From Bacilli bacterium (lineage in GTDB: Bacteria > Bacillota_I > Bacilli_A > ML615J-28 > CAG-698), in contig JBMNLZ010000003.1 of assembly GCA_050953065.1 (NCBI GenBank), positions 352,001 through 416,000 of the forward strand: DNA of 64,000 nt, written 5' to 3'. The notes under the pieces were generated by a model. It saw only the letters and a program-made list of their open reading frames with translations. It was not told where the DNA came from and searched no databases. The first letter of the stretch is position 1, and each line of letters opens with the position of its first letter. The translations under genes were made by a program, and so were the position numbers. This document shows, piece after piece, positions 19,042-34,377 of the stretch.

Positions 19042-20871
19042 TTAGATATTTTTAGAAAGTTCTATTTTTGTTGTAATAAACTGATTTTTATATAGTTCAA
19101 AGTACTCTCCTTGTAGTTTTAATAAATCACTATGGCTTCCTTTTTCAATGATTTCACCATTTTTAATCACTAAAATTAAATCAGCATTAATTACCGTTGA
19201 CAGCCTATGAGCAACCATTAAACATGTTCTATCTTTAGTAATCTTTTCAATTATTTTTTGAATACTTAATTCAGTCTTAGTATCAACTGAAGAGGTAGCT
19301 TCATCTAAAATCAAAATCTTTGGATTACTAATTAAGGCTCTTGCAAAACAAATTAATTGACGCTGCCCAACAGATAATTTAGAACCACCCTCTCCAACAA
19401 TTGTATCATACTTATTATCAAATGTTTGAACAAAATCATCTACTCCAACTTCTTTAGAAATTTTAATTATTTCTTCATTTGTTGCATCAAGTTTACCATA
19501 TCTAATATTATCATAAATAGTCCCGTTAAATAAAAACGGATTTTGAAGAACATAGCCAAGATTAGCATGTAACCAAGAGATACTTCTTTTTTTATAATCT
19601 ACACCATCAATCTTAATAATACCTTCGGTCGGCTCATAAAAACGACTAATCAAATTAACAATCGTTGATTTTCCACTTCCAGTTTCACCAACTAATGCAA
19701 CATTCATTCCTTTTTTTACTTTTAAATTAAAGTTTTTTAAAATTGTTTGGCCCTTTATATAACTAAAACTAACATTCTCAAATTCAATTTCTCCTTTTAG
19801 ACTTCCCCATGATTCTTTTTTAGGATTTAGAATTGTTCCATATTTTTTAATGACATCTTCTGTATCATAAATATCAAGTGGTGTTTCAATCAAAGACATA
19901 ATTCTTTCAGCTGATGCTTGAGCTTGTTGTAGTTCAGCAACCACAGTTGAAATATGCATTACAGGATCAAAGAATTGAATTGTACAAGTAATAAATAAAT
20001 AAAGTACTCCAAGTCCTAAATCACCCCTCATTACCATGGCTCCACCTAGTCTCATGACAAATAAAACACCAACATATGAGACAACCATTAAAATAGGGAA
20101 TAAAATAGCCGAACGAGTAACTGCTTTAATCGCATTTTTCTTCATATCCCCACAAAGATTTTTAAAATCCTTATTAGTTTTATCTTCTAAAACTAACGTT
20201 TTAGTAGTTTTAGAACCAGCTATTCCCTCATTATATGAGGCTGTAATTTTAGAGTTTATTTTCCTTACCTTTCTGTAAGCTTTTAAAATTGTTTTTCTAA
20301 AATAAAGTCCTATAATAAATATTACTGGAGTTAATAAAATATTTACTATAGCTAAACGAATATTAGTTATGATTAGAATTATCATAATTCCACTCATCGT
20401 AGCTAGTCCCCAAAGAATATCAACCAATCCCCAAGATAAAATACTAGATAACTTTCTAGAATCAGACGTAAGACGTGCCATAATCCAACCAGCTGGAGTC
20501 TTATCATAATATGAAAAAGGTAGATTTTGAAGTTTTAAAAAAGCTTCTTTTCTTATTTCATAGGCCACCTCTACCTCAACTTTTCCAGCCATTTTAATAA
20601 ATGTAAAAACAGTAACCCCATATCCTAAAACAACTACAGCATAAAAAACTATAAAAAGAGGTAATTTTTCAAATTCTTCATTTTCAAAAAATGTTGTAAT
20701 TCCATATGAATTTAAAAGAGGATAAACAACATCTAAAACTGCTAATCCAATAATTGCAATAATTAAAACAGTAACATGTAATTTATTCTTTAAAACTAAT
20801 TTTAGAATCTTCTTCCAAACTTTAGAATCTATTTTTGAATTACTATAATCATGTTCTTCAAAACGGTTCAT
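19042..20871 (-). CDS. ABC exporter, fused TMD-NBD (canonical Walker B half)
   Basis: GETGSGKS, LSVGQ, ILILDEATS, AHRL. Hydrophobic N-terminal half. Confidence 0.92.
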   Translation of the reverse strand: MNRFEEHDYSNSKIDSKVWKKILKLVLKNKLHVTVLIIAIIGLAVLDVVYPLLNSYGITTFFENEEFEKLPLFIVFYAVVVLGYGVTVFTFIKMAGKVEVEVAYEIRKEAFLKLQNLPFSYYDKTPAGWIMARLTSDSRKLSSILSWGLVDILWGLATMSGIMIILIITNIRLAIVNILLTPVIFIIGLYFRKTILKAYRKVRKINSKITASYNEGIAGSKTTKTLVLEDKTNKDFKNLCGDMKKNAIKAVTRSAILFPILMVVSYVGVLFVMRLGGAMVMRGDLGLGVLYLFITCTIQFFDPVMHISTVVAELQQAQASAERIMSLIETPLDIYDTEDVIKKYGTILNPKKESWGSLKGEIEFENVSFSYIKGQTILKNFNLKVKKGMNVALVGETGSGKSTIVNLISRFYEPTEGIIKIDGVDYKKRSISWLHANLGYVLQNPFLFNGTIYDNIRYGKLDATNEEIIKISKEVGVDDFVQTFDNKYDTIVGEGGSKLSVGQRQLICFARALISNPKILILDEATSSVDTKTELSIQKIIEKITKDRTCLMVAHRLSTVINADLILVIKNGEIIEKGSHSDLLKLQGEYFELYKNQFITTKIELSKNI

Positions 20872-22689
20872 TTAATTCACCTCCTTAGAAACTAATTCTT
20901 TAAATTCATCTTCTAAAGAGCCTTGAATTTCCCATAATGTTTTATATAAACCTTCTTTTTTTATTAAATCCTCATGTCGTCCAATTTCTGTGATATAACC
21001 TTTTTCTAAAACCATGATTTTATCAGCTTGTAAAGCAGTTGTAATCCTATGCGTAATAATAATTGATGTTAATTGTTTTTCTCTCATCTTTAAAGCATTT
21101 CTAATATTTAAATCAGTCCTAGTATCAACAGCGCTTAAAGAGTCATCAAAAATCATAATCGGTTTATTTAAAACAAGCATTCTAGCAATTGCTAAGCGCT
21201 GTTTTTGGCCTCCCGATAAAGTTACGCCCTTTTCTCCTACTAGCGTATTATAACCTTCTTTAAATTGAAGAATATCATTATGAAGGCTGGCAATTTGAGC
21301 AGCATTAAAAACAGACTTATTATCAAGAGATGAATCTGCAATCTTAATATTTTCCATAACAGTTTTTGCATAAATAAATGGGTCTTGTAAAATAATCCCA
21401 ACATTTTCTCTAACCCATCTTTTTTTAATATCTCTTAATTCTACACCATCAAGTTTAATTGAACCTAAGTAATCATACATTCTAACCAAAATATTAACAA
21501 TCGTAGATTTCCCAGCCCCAGTCTTTCCAACTATAGCAATAGTCTCCCCACTATTTATTTCAAAACTAACATCATTTAAAATATGTTCTTTATTGTCTTC
21601 AAATTTAAAACGAACATTTTTAAAAACTATGTTTCCTGTTATTTGAGGAGTTAATTTTCCATCATTTACATATTCAGTTGGTTCATTTAAGATTTCTTCA
21701 ATTCGTTTTGTAGCAACAATTGTTTTAGAAAAATCTCCTATAATTCTACCAAGTCTTCTAATTGGATAAACTAACATTCCAACATACATCAAACATGCTA
21801 TGATATCTCCAATTGAAACAATCCCTGTTTTTGCAAAATAAACTGAAACTATAACAGTTAGTGCATATTGACCGATTGTAACTAAATCACTAAAGCCCCA
21901 AAAAAAGGCCATTGCATTATTTATCTTTTCAGAACTTTCCGTAAACTTCCTACTTTCTTCTTCAAATCTACTCATAGCATATTGTTCTCTTGCAAAAGCT
22001 TTTACCACTCTAACACCATTAACATTTTCTTGTAAAACGCTAATCATCTTAGCTTCGTTTTCTTCACTAATCGTAAATTCCTTATAGATATATCTAAAAT
22101 AAATAACTGAAGTTACAAAAGTAATTGGAACAGTTACTAAAGTAACTAACATAATTCTTAAATCAATTAAGGACATTTGATAAACACCTGCTGAAAGTGA
22201 TGCTATAACAAACAATAACTCAGGCATTTGAACACTTAAAAAAGCTCTAATTGTTTCAACATCAGATGTACATCTTTGAATTAAATCTCCAGTATCTAGT
22301 TTACTGTGGTATGTATATGGTAAATCTTGAATATGAGAAAAAAGATTTGTTCTAATATCTTTAGCGATGCTTTCTGAATATACGCCTTTAAAATAACCAT
22401 TTAAAAAAATTATAATTCCTCTTAAAATTAAATAGGCTATTAATGTAATACCTAAGGCCCAAATCGCAGTTAGACCATCAAATTTGTTTAAAAAAGCCAA
22501 TAAAAAAGAAGGGAGATTAATATCGCCTTCAATTATTTCACTTGAACCTAAAATAACGTCCATTAAATACTTTATGAATTGAGGCACATAAGAATATGTA
22601 ATCGGTGTAAAAATTGTTAGTAAAGCAATTAGAACTACTAACACCCAATACTTCTTAACCCATTTCATAAGTTTGAAAAATGTCGACAT
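20872..22689 (-). CDS. ABC exporter, fused TMD-NBD (degenerate Walker B half); heterodimer partner
   Basis: GKTGAGKS, LSGGQ, MIFDDSLS. Start moved to the ATG at 22689, which follows an AGGGGG RBS. Confidence 0.92.
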   Translation of the reverse strand: MSTFFKLMKWVKKYWVLVVLIALLTIFTPITYSYVPQFIKYLMDVILGSSEIIEGDINLPSFLLAFLNKFDGLTAIWALGITLIAYLILRGIIIFLNGYFKGVYSESIAKDIRTNLFSHIQDLPYTYHSKLDTGDLIQRCTSDVETIRAFLSVQMPELLFVIASLSAGVYQMSLIDLRIMLVTLVTVPITFVTSVIYFRYIYKEFTISEENEAKMISVLQENVNGVRVVKAFAREQYAMSRFEEESRKFTESSEKINNAMAFFWGFSDLVTIGQYALTVIVSVYFAKTGIVSIGDIIACLMYVGMLVYPIRRLGRIIGDFSKTIVATKRIEEILNEPTEYVNDGKLTPQITGNIVFKNVRFKFEDNKEHILNDVSFEINSGETIAIVGKTGAGKSTIVNILVRMYDYLGSIKLDGVELRDIKKRWVRENVGIILQDPFIYAKTVMENIKIADSSLDNKSVFNAAQIASLHNDILQFKEGYNTLVGEKGVTLSGGQKQRLAIARMLVLNKPIMIFDDSLSAVDTRTDLNIRNALKMREKQLTSIIITHRITTALQADKIMVLEKGYITEIGRHEDLIKKEGLYKTLWEIQGSLEDEFKELVSKEVN

Positions 22690-22704
22690 ACATCCCCCTA
22701 TCAA

Positions 22705-23364
22705 TTATTCTTGATAAACAGTGTTAAAATAAGAAACTAATAATTCTTTAGCATTTTCAAAATCCTCTAATTTTAGCAAATTACTTCTTGCATAATATAC
22801 CAAACTACTATCAGGATTAGTTTCTTCATCAAAATAAATATAACTAAATGTTGGAATAGAAAAATCACTAGCAACAAGCGAATTTCCATTTGGTTTAATT
22901 AACGCTTTTGTTAAGTCGTTTAATTCTTCAGCGGTAATTCTACTTGCATTTATATAATAAATTGTTTTAATATCATATTCTTCTTTTGCTAAAGTGTTAG
23001 CAGCGCCAACATATTCATCGCAAACTTTCTCACTTGGAGATCCATAATATAAATGAAATGTTTCTTTTGCAGCGATTTTTTCCTTTATCTTTTCAATTGT
23101 TGTATATTCAAAAACATGTTCTGCACTACCTAAAGAAGGATATTCTTTAGCAATTGTTCCCTTGCTAGTTGAAGGAGCAAATGTAATTACATTAAAGATT
23201 ATAATCAAAGCTATTGCCAGTCCTGCTACTGCAAAAATTATTCCAAAAACTTTTTTTTCTGTTTTTGTCATTGGTTCTCTATTGCCAATCATTTCCTTAG
23301 CACCTTGAGTTGGAATATTACTCATTGCAGTTTTTGGTTGTTTTTTCTTCCTATTTCTAGCCAT
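22705..23364 (-). CDS. Membrane-anchored thioredoxin-like protein lacking CxxC
   Basis: Basic N-terminus and one TM helix, then FHLYYGSPSEKVC...IYYIN...SIPTF, a thioredoxin-fold pattern. Confidence 0.5.
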   Translation of the reverse strand: MARNRKKKQPKTAMSNIPTQGAKEMIGNREPMTKTEKKVFGIIFAVAGLAIALIIIFNVITFAPSTSKGTIAKEYPSLGSAEHVFEYTTIEKIKEKIAAKETFHLYYGSPSEKVCDEYVGAANTLAKEEYDIKTIYYINASRITAEELNDLTKALIKPNGNSLVASDFSIPTFSYIYFDEETNPDSSLVYYARSNLLKLEDFENAKELLVSYFNTVYQE

Positions 23365-23484
23365 TTTATTACCTCCGAAATTTCTATATGAATTATAACA
23401 TAGTTTTATTTTTTTTACTAGATTTTAATTATATAATCTTTATTCTTTAAAAAGAACTCATATCTTATCTAATTTAGGACAAAT

Positions 23485-23518
23485 AAAAATCTTCTAACGT
23501 ACATGTTAGAAGATTTTT
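23485..23518 (-). terminator. rRNA/tRNA operon terminator
   Basis: AAAAATCTTCTAAC-GTACAT-GTTAGAAGATTTTT. Confidence 0.8.
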
Positions 23519-23531
23519 AAATTACTAAAAA

Positions 23532-23607
23532 TGGTGACCCGTACGGGATTCGAACCCGTGAGTGCATGCGTGAAAGGCATGTGAGTTAACCGTTTCTCCA
23601 ACGGGCC
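23532..23607 (-). tRNA. tRNA-Glu(TTC)
   Basis: GGCCCGTTGG...CATGC-CTTTCAC-GCATG...GGGTCACCA. Confidence 0.96.
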
Positions 23608-23614
23608 AAAAAAA

Positions 23615-23691
23615 TGGCGCCCCCACTAGGACTTGAACCTAGGACCCCATGATTAACAGTCATGTGCTCTAACCAACTGAGCTATGGAGGC
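23615..23691 (-). tRNA. tRNA-Asn(GTT)
   Basis: GCCTCCATAGCTCAG...CATGA-CTGTTAA-TCATG...GGGGGCGCCA. Confidence 0.96.
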
Positions 23692-23716
23692 ATTTTAATA
23701 AAAATAGAAAGGAAGT

Positions 23717-23825
23717 AAGGCAACTTCCTACTTTTGCGGGGAAGCCCAACTATCATCGGCGTTAAAGTGCTTAACTTCTGTGTTCGAGATGGGAACAGGT
23801 GTTTCCACTTTGCTGTTGTCACCAT
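23717..23825 (-). rRNA. rrf: 5S rRNA (ends approximate)
   Basis: CACCTGTTCCCATCTCGAACACAGAAGTTAAG and GCCGATGATAGT conserved blocks. Confidence 0.93.
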
Positions 23826-23863
23826 ACTTCTCTTTCAAAATTGAATAGTACTTCATCGCTTTA

Positions 23864-26727
<2,864 letters not shown>

Positions 26728-26835
26728 TTATTCTTTTTATTTAAACACTAAAATTTTTAAAAAGTGTTCTTACTTTCTTGCGACAAGTACTATTCAATTT
26801 TCAAAGATCTATTTTTATTTCTATTATGTTAGAAA

Positions 26836-26912
<77 letters not shown>

Positions 26913-27026
26913 ACAAATTAAATATTTTAGAAAGACAAAGTCTCTCAAAACTAAATAGAACATGATGGAGTAAAAAATCAAAGAAATTTAAAATAATTTT
27001 TGGTTAAAGGTTTAACCTTTCTCCTT

Positions 27027-28560
<1,534 letters not shown>

Positions 28561-28631
28561 AAAGTTTATTCCTTACTCCACCTGTTCTATTTAGTTTTCA
28601 AAGACCTTATTTTTTTGTTAGAGCATTTATC

Positions 28632-28739
28632 ATTATACCACATTCAGGGGTATTGTCAACATTTATTTTACTTTTTTTACTAAATTACCCATTTTTAGGC
28701 AACCTTATACATTATACTACTTTACATTTTCTAAGTCAA
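28632..28739 (-). promoter_or_regulatory. Tandem rRNA promoters P1 and P2
   Basis: TTGACT-17-TATAAT (28739-28711) and TTGACA-16-TATAAT (28659-28632). A boxA-like TCTTTGAAAACT lies near 28600. Confidence 0.8.
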
Positions 28740-28768
28740 TCAATTTATTTTTACTCTTAAAAGGGTTA

Positions 28769-28803
28769 AAAAAGGCTTAAAAGTTTACACCTTTAAGCCT
28801 TTT
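28769..28803 (-). terminator. Terminator after the Ig-domain lipoprotein gene
   Basis: AAAAGGCTTAAA...TTTAAGCCTTTT. Confidence 0.7.
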
Positions 28804-28848
28804 AAAATGTTTTTTTCTAAAACATTAACTTCTTTTCCAACTTAAATC

Positions 28849-31482
28849 TTAAGCATATTTTGAAGTAAAGAATAAATGTTCAACTGTAAGAGTTTCATTT
28901 CTTAATATGTCATAAACACCTTGACAGATATATCCTCTTTGAAGCATAAATCCACCAGGTTTAATTTCGTACTCAGTACCATCTCCGTTCATTGGAACTT
29001 CAATTGGAGTACAAAGTTTTGATTCTGAATCGAAGTTAAGGATAATAGCTTTGTATGCAGCCATATAGTTAAAGCCACTGAAGTAGTCTTTAGTAGGAGT
29101 TGTGCTAAGATCTTTTGGAGTATCTACAACCCAAATTGATGCATCTGTTGTGTTCTTAACAACTCTACCAAATGATCCAGATAGACCTGTTGATGCTAGA
29201 TACATCTTATCTGCGCTTTCACCAATTGCTTCGCTACCTGCTCTAACGTTTGCACTTGTAAGATTTGCATAATTAGTTTTAGCAGAAACTACATAAATTA
29301 CATACTCAACATCATTTGCTGTAATAGTTGTTTTGAAGATATTTCCGCTAAAGCCTTGCCATGAACGATCTCCAATGTTCTTTCCACCATCTGCAGCAGG
29401 TGTTTTAAAGCCATTTGTAGCAAGCCATTTTTCATAATTAAATCCTGCAAGTGAAACATCTGATGTAATAGTTATAGCAACATCACTAGGTTTTTCCGCA
29501 ATACCAACGTTAACAGTAAAGTTAACAGTTGCAGTGTTTTCAGAACCTTCTCTTGTTAGAGTTGCAACGATTGATGTTGATTTATACATAAAGTATTGTT
29601 TTAATAAATTAAATTCAGCATCAAAGATTGTAGTATCAGCAGGAGCCCATGTAATATTATAAGTATATTCTTCATGTACAAATGTTGCATCTAAATTAGT
29701 AAGTTGATTAACTGCAGTTTTTCCATATGGGAAGTGTTCTGGGATACAAGTTGATGAAAGTCCATAATAGTAAGATGCCTTATCTACATCATGTTCAAAT
29801 GGATTAATTGTAATAGGGAATGCAACATCTTGAGTAAAGTTATAAGGATAATCTGCTTGCTTATAATATACAATAGTTGCAGTTAAAGTTATTTCAGTTG
29901 CAGTTTCAACCGGAGCAACTAAAGCACCAGTATTACTAATTATATCTGTATTAGATGAAGCCCAAGTAATTGTTGTACCAAATTTTGAATCTTTAATTGG
30001 TAGTGTAATTCCACCTTTTGTAGTATAGCCATCTAAGAATTTTAAATCACCAGCAGGATCATTAACAATATAATCAATTTTTTCTGCTTGAGTATATCCT
30101 GCAGCTAAAACTGAGAATTTTCTAATTTGACTTTGACTAGCTCTTCTTAAAGATACTTCTAATGGAACTAAAACATCATCATTTCCACGTTTATAAACAC
30201 CAGCGTTAGAAATTGCATTTGCAAGTCCTGAAACCCAAGTCACTGTAACACCTTCAAAAGTAAAGCCTGCAAAATCTAGATTTGCTGCTGCTTTGAAGTC
30301 TTCATCTAAATAACCTTTTTCTTCTAAGTATGCATCTAATGCAGCTAGAGCTTCTGCTACAATAACGTCATCAGTTTTTGCAATAACAACTACTTTTACT
30401 TCAAAATTAATAACTGTTTCATTAACTGTTACTGTAGTATCAATAGTAACAACAACGTTATTAATTCCTTGTTCTGCAACAAACTCTGTAACAACTTCGC
30501 TATCTACTTGATATTCAATTGCAGCACCTGTAAATGTAGGTAGATCAAAGTTTTCTCTTGTAGAAGCAGGAATATTAGATAAAATATGGTTCTTAGCTTG
30601 ATAAGCTTTTAATAAATCAGGTTTACCAGCAGCGATAACTGCAATTGTAAATGTATAACTTACTTCACCATCAGTAATAGTAATTACAGCCTCACCCTCA
30701 TTAACACCAGTAACTTTACCTTCTTGATCAACTGTAGCTACTGTAACATCACTACTACTCCAAGTAAGTCCAGTACCTGTTAAAGAAGATAATAAAGTTG
30801 TTGATTCGCTAATAAACACATAAGATGAACCAGTAATACCAGCTAGACTAACGTCTTTTGCGATAACAATTGAAACATCGAATGTCTTAGATTTTCCACC
30901 ATAACTTACATTAACTGAAAATGTTTGTTTTAAATCTGTAGGAGCTGGTTTGTATTTAAATACAGTGCCAACTGGATGGAATGTTCCATCATAAATATAT
31001 CTAACTAAAACAACACCATCAGCATCAGGTAATACTAAATCTTCTGTTAGAACTTCAGGCAATAAATTTCTAATTGTTGCTTCAGCTCCATTTAATTTAG
31101 CCATTTTTTGAGCATCTGTTTCAATAATAGTAAATTCGATAGTTTCAACAATTGTTGTTAATTCACTAGAAGTTACAGTAATACTTACTGTCCCCTCACC
31201 TACAGCTGTAAGCAACCCTGCAGCAGAAATTGTAGCAACACTTTCATCACTACTACTCCAAGTAACTGCTTGATTTGCAATAGCTGGAGCAACAGTAGCC
31301 GATAACTGTTTTGTTTCGCCAACAATAAGTGAATCTCCACCCTCATAAATCATCATAACTTCAGTTGGTGTATCATCAAGTGGTTCGTCTTCTCCACCAT
31401 CATCACCAATCAAGTCGCACCCTACTAGAAATAATCCTAGTAAAAAGATTACAAAGAACAACGTAAATTTTTTTACATTCAT
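28849..31482 (-). CDS. Surface lipoprotein with multiple bacterial Ig-like (Big_2-type) domains
   Basis: Lipobox LVGC. Repeats VTWSSSDESVATISAAGLLTAVGEG and LTWSSSDVTVATVDQEGKVTGVNEG, plus further ITWASSNTDIISNTG-type Ig units. Confidence 0.8.
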   Translation of the reverse strand: MNVKKFTLFFVIFLLGLFLVGCDLIGDDGGEDEPLDDTPTEVMMIYEGGDSLIVGETKQLSATVAPAIANQAVTWSSSDESVATISAAGLLTAVGEGTVSITVTSSELTTIVETIEFTIIETDAQKMAKLNGAEATIRNLLPEVLTEDLVLPDADGVVLVRYIYDGTFHPVGTVFKYKPAPTDLKQTFSVNVSYGGKSKTFDVSIVIAKDVSLAGITGSSYVFISESTTLLSSLTGTGLTWSSSDVTVATVDQEGKVTGVNEGEAVITITDGEVSYTFTIAVIAAGKPDLLKAYQAKNHILSNIPASTRENFDLPTFTGAAIEYQVDSEVVTEFVAEQGINNVVVTIDTTVTVNETVINFEVKVVVIAKTDDVIVAEALAALDAYLEEKGYLDEDFKAAANLDFAGFTFEGVTVTWVSGLANAISNAGVYKRGNDDVLVPLEVSLRRASQSQIRKFSVLAAGYTQAEKIDYIVNDPAGDLKFLDGYTTKGGITLPIKDSKFGTTITWASSNTDIISNTGALVAPVETATEITLTATIVYYKQADYPYNFTQDVAFPITINPFEHDVDKASYYYGLSSTCIPEHFPYGKTAVNQLTNLDATFVHEEYTYNITWAPADTTIFDAEFNLLKQYFMYKSTSIVATLTREGSENTATVNFTVNVGIAEKPSDVAITITSDVSLAGFNYEKWLATNGFKTPAADGGKNIGDRSWQGFSGNIFKTTITANDVEYVIYVVSAKTNYANLTSANVRAGSEAIGESADKMYLASTGLSGSFGRVVKNTTDASIWVVDTPKDLSTTPTKDYFSGFNYMAAYKAIILNFDSESKLCTPIEVPMNGDGTEYEIKPGGFMLQRGYICQGVYDILRNETLTVEHLFFTSKYA

Positions 31483-31594
31483 TAATTAATTCCTCCTATA
31501 TTTTTAAGTCTAAACTCAATATTATTTTACTCTTTTTCTAAAGAAAAGTCAACAAAATACAGCAATAAAAGATTTTTTATTTAAAATTCATTCC

Positions 31595-32332
31595 TTATCC
31601 TTTTAAAAACTCAACTGTTTTTGTTAATAATTCACTTCTTACAGCAACATTATCATAACCATGGCCAGCATTTTCGATAACAATTAGTTTAGCTCCTTTA
31701 ATTGCTTTAGCATATTTTTCACCGAAACTAACATTAACCGCTAAGTCTTCTTTACCATGAACTATTAAACAAGGACATTTGATTTTTTCTAAATTAAGAT
31801 ATGGTGAAAACTTTTTAAAACTTTTAACTAAGTCCTCACTCATTTCAAAACCTAAAAAATCTACATTACCGTTTTCTAGTTTCGGATATTTTGAAAAATA
31901 ATTTTCAACAATTTGAGCAATATTTCCAGCCGGAGACCATAAAACTAATTTTTCTAAAATCTCAGGCATCTTGCTGGCCATATATCCAGCTATTGCTCCA
32001 CCCATACTAAAACCTAACAAAATTATCTTCTTTATATTTTTTATCTTAAAAGCATAATCAATTATTAATTTAGCATCTTCTACTAAAGTATCAAATGTAA
32101 ATTCATGAAATGCTCCATCAGACTCAGCATTACCATAAAAATCAAATCTTAAAGAAGCAATATTTTCTTTTGCTAGAAGCTCACTAATTGTTCTAAAAAT
32201 TCTACCATGTTCTGCTTTATGACCAGTAAAACCATGAAACATAACAACAATTTTTTTTGAAGTTTCTGGATTATTAAGGTAGCCTCTTAAATAAACATTT
32301 TCTTTTTTCTTTAATTCAACATATTTTTGCAT
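31595..32332 (-). CDS. Alpha/beta hydrolase (esterase-like)
   Basis: HGFTG, nucleophile GFSMG, HGKED and AGH triad residues. Confidence 0.88.
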   Translation of the reverse strand: MQKYVELKKKENVYLRGYLNNPETSKKIVVMFHGFTGHKAEHGRIFRTISELLAKENIASLRFDFYGNAESDGAFHEFTFDTLVEDAKLIIDYAFKIKNIKKIILLGFSMGGAIAGYMASKMPEILEKLVLWSPAGNIAQIVENYFSKYPKLENGNVDFLGFEMSEDLVKSFKKFSPYLNLEKIKCPCLIVHGKEDLAVNVSFGEKYAKAIKGAKLIVIENAGHGYDNVAVRSELLTKTVEFLKG

Positions 32333-32333
32333 C

Positions 32334-33245
32334 CTATTTTCCTACCTCTTTTAAGGCATTCCTTATATGTCCTTTATTATTAGCCAAATGTTTTTTTATT
32401 TTTTCTAGATCTTTTATACCGCTTAAACTAGCAAATAAAGCCTGTTTAACAGTTTTATATTTTATTAAAGCTTGTTTTGCTTCTTCATTAGAAATTCCTA
32501 AAGCCATTTCTAAAATACCTTCTGCTCTTTTAACCAATTTTTCATTTGACATTTGAACATCTATCATTAAATTTTGATATACTTTCCCCATTTTAATCAT
32601 TGAAGCAGTTGATAACATATTACAAATCATTTTTTGAGCAGTACCTGATTTCATTCTAGTAGACCCTGTAATTGGTTCTTCTCCTGTGATGGCCTCAATT
32701 GGATAATCAACAATAGAAGCTAATTTACTATTAAAAGAAGTTACAATCGCTCCAGTTGTTGCACCAATACTTTTAGCATATTCAATTGCACTAATTACAT
32801 AGGGAGTCCTTCCACTAGCAGCAATTCCAACTACTATATCATCTTTAGTTAAATTAATTTTCTTTAAATCTTCTATTCCTAGAATCAAAGAATCTTCAGC
32901 GCCTTCAACTGACTTTACTACAGCCTCAAACCCACCTGCTATTAAACATTGAATAGTTTCATAACTAACACCAAAAGTAGGCGGGCATTCTGATGCATCT
33001 AATACTCCAATCCTGCCACTTGTTCCAGCCCCCATATAGATTAATCTTGCATCTTTATAAAAGGCTTCTACAATTTTATCAACTAATGGTGCAATTTGAG
33101 GTAAAGCTTTTTCAACTGCATAAGCAATAGTTTTATCTTCATTATTAATTTTTCTTAAAATTTCAATTGTACTAACTACATCAATATCAAGTGTATTTGA
33201 ATTTCTTTGTTCAGTTCCTATTTTTTTTAAATCTACTGCCATCAA
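32334..33245 (-). CDS. murQ: N-acetylmuramic acid 6-phosphate etherase
   Basis: TEQRN, GAGTSGRIGVLDASECPPTFG, GAED, GSTRMKSGTAQK, NLMIDV. Confidence 0.96.
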   Translation of the reverse strand: MMAVDLKKIGTEQRNSNTLDIDVVSTIEILRKINNEDKTIAYAVEKALPQIAPLVDKIVEAFYKDARLIYMGAGTSGRIGVLDASECPPTFGVSYETIQCLIAGGFEAVVKSVEGAEDSLILGIEDLKKINLTKDDIVVGIAASGRTPYVISAIEYAKSIGATTGAIVTSFNSKLASIVDYPIEAITGEEPITGSTRMKSGTAQKMICNMLSTASMIKMGKVYQNLMIDVQMSNEKLVKRAEGILEMALGISNEEAKQALIKYKTVKQALFASLSGIKDLEKIKKHLANNKGHIRNALKEVGK

Positions 33246-34362
33246 AATCTTCCTTTCTTCTAGGACTTGGTGTAATTTGGCCTAAAATTACTTCTTCTTT
33301 TGCATTTGTTACTGTAATTAGATTGCTAGGTTTATTATTTATTGTTTGATAACCTAAAACAACAAAAGCTAACGCTTCTTTAGAATCAGAAATATCTGAT
33401 TTTAAAACTTCTATTTCCAATTCCTCTTTTAATCTTTTCATAATGTAATCATTATGTGAGCCACCTCCACTAACAATTAACTTATTAAATTTTGGAATAA
33501 ATTTTTTCAAATTATAAACTATTCCAAAAACTGTGGCTTCAGTTATTGTTTTAACAACATCATTTGGCTTTTCTTTATCTAAAGCATATTTAATAATTAA
33601 CTCTTCCATAAAAGAAACACTATATTTTTCTCTACCAGTTGATTTTGGTGGATTTTTTAAAATAAAATCATCTTCTTTTAAAGCGTTAAATAGTTTTTCT
33701 ATTATTTTACCACTACTTGCTATTTCACCAGATTTATCATAATTTTTATTAAAATATTTTTTTGTGAAATAATCTATCATAATATTGCCAGGTCCACAAT
33801 CAAAAGCTATAACGTCTTTCCCACAAGCATTTTTTGGTAAATATGTAAAGTTACTAATTCCACCAATATTAAGTAAAACCAAATCCTCTTCTTTACTTAC
33901 ATATAACATATATTCAGAAAAAGGTACTAAAGGTGCTCCTTCTCCACCTGCTGCAACATCCATCACTCTAAAATTTGAAACAGTTTTTATATTAGTTAAA
34001 TAACTAATAACACTAGCTTCACCTATCTGTAATGTTGATGGAGTCGCCCCTTTTGGATCATGCCAAATAGTTTGGCCATGACTTGCAACAAACTCAATAT
34101 CTTTGTAATCAAGAAGAGTCCCTTCTAATACTTTATCGATAGCTTCTTTAAAGTAATATCCTAGTTCAAAATTTAGACTTGATACTTCATCTAATTTTGC
34201 TGTATCTTTATTTAAATTACGCATTAATTTAGCTCTAAATTTATCACTATATTCTAAAGTGATAAAATTAATAATTGAAAATTCTTCATTCAAATTAATT
34301 TTTACAAGGCAAGCATCAACTCCATCTAAAGAAGTTCCGCTCATCAAACCTATGGCATACAT
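33211..34362 (-). CDS. anmK: Anhydro-N-acetylmuramic acid kinase
   Basis: GLMSGTSLDGVD, SHGQTIWH, DVAAGGEGAPLVP, NIGGISN, FDCGPGN, PPKSTGRE, KEALAF. Confidence 0.95.
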   Translation of the reverse strand: MYAIGLMSGTSLDGVDACLVKINLNEEFSIINFITLEYSDKFRAKLMRNLNKDTAKLDEVSSLNFELGYYFKEAIDKVLEGTLLDYKDIEFVASHGQTIWHDPKGATPSTLQIGEASVISYLTNIKTVSNFRVMDVAAGGEGAPLVPFSEYMLYVSKEEDLVLLNIGGISNFTYLPKNACGKDVIAFDCGPGNIMIDYFTKKYFNKNYDKSGEIASSGKIIEKLFNALKEDDFILKNPPKSTGREKYSVSFMEELIIKYALDKEKPNDVVKTITEATVFGIVYNLKKFIPKFNKLIVSGGGSHNDYIMKRLKEELEIEVLKSDISDSKEALAFVVLGYQTINNKPSNLITVTNAKEEVILGQITPSPRRKEDFDGSRFKKNRN

Positions 34363-34377
34363 TTAATTTTCCTCTTT

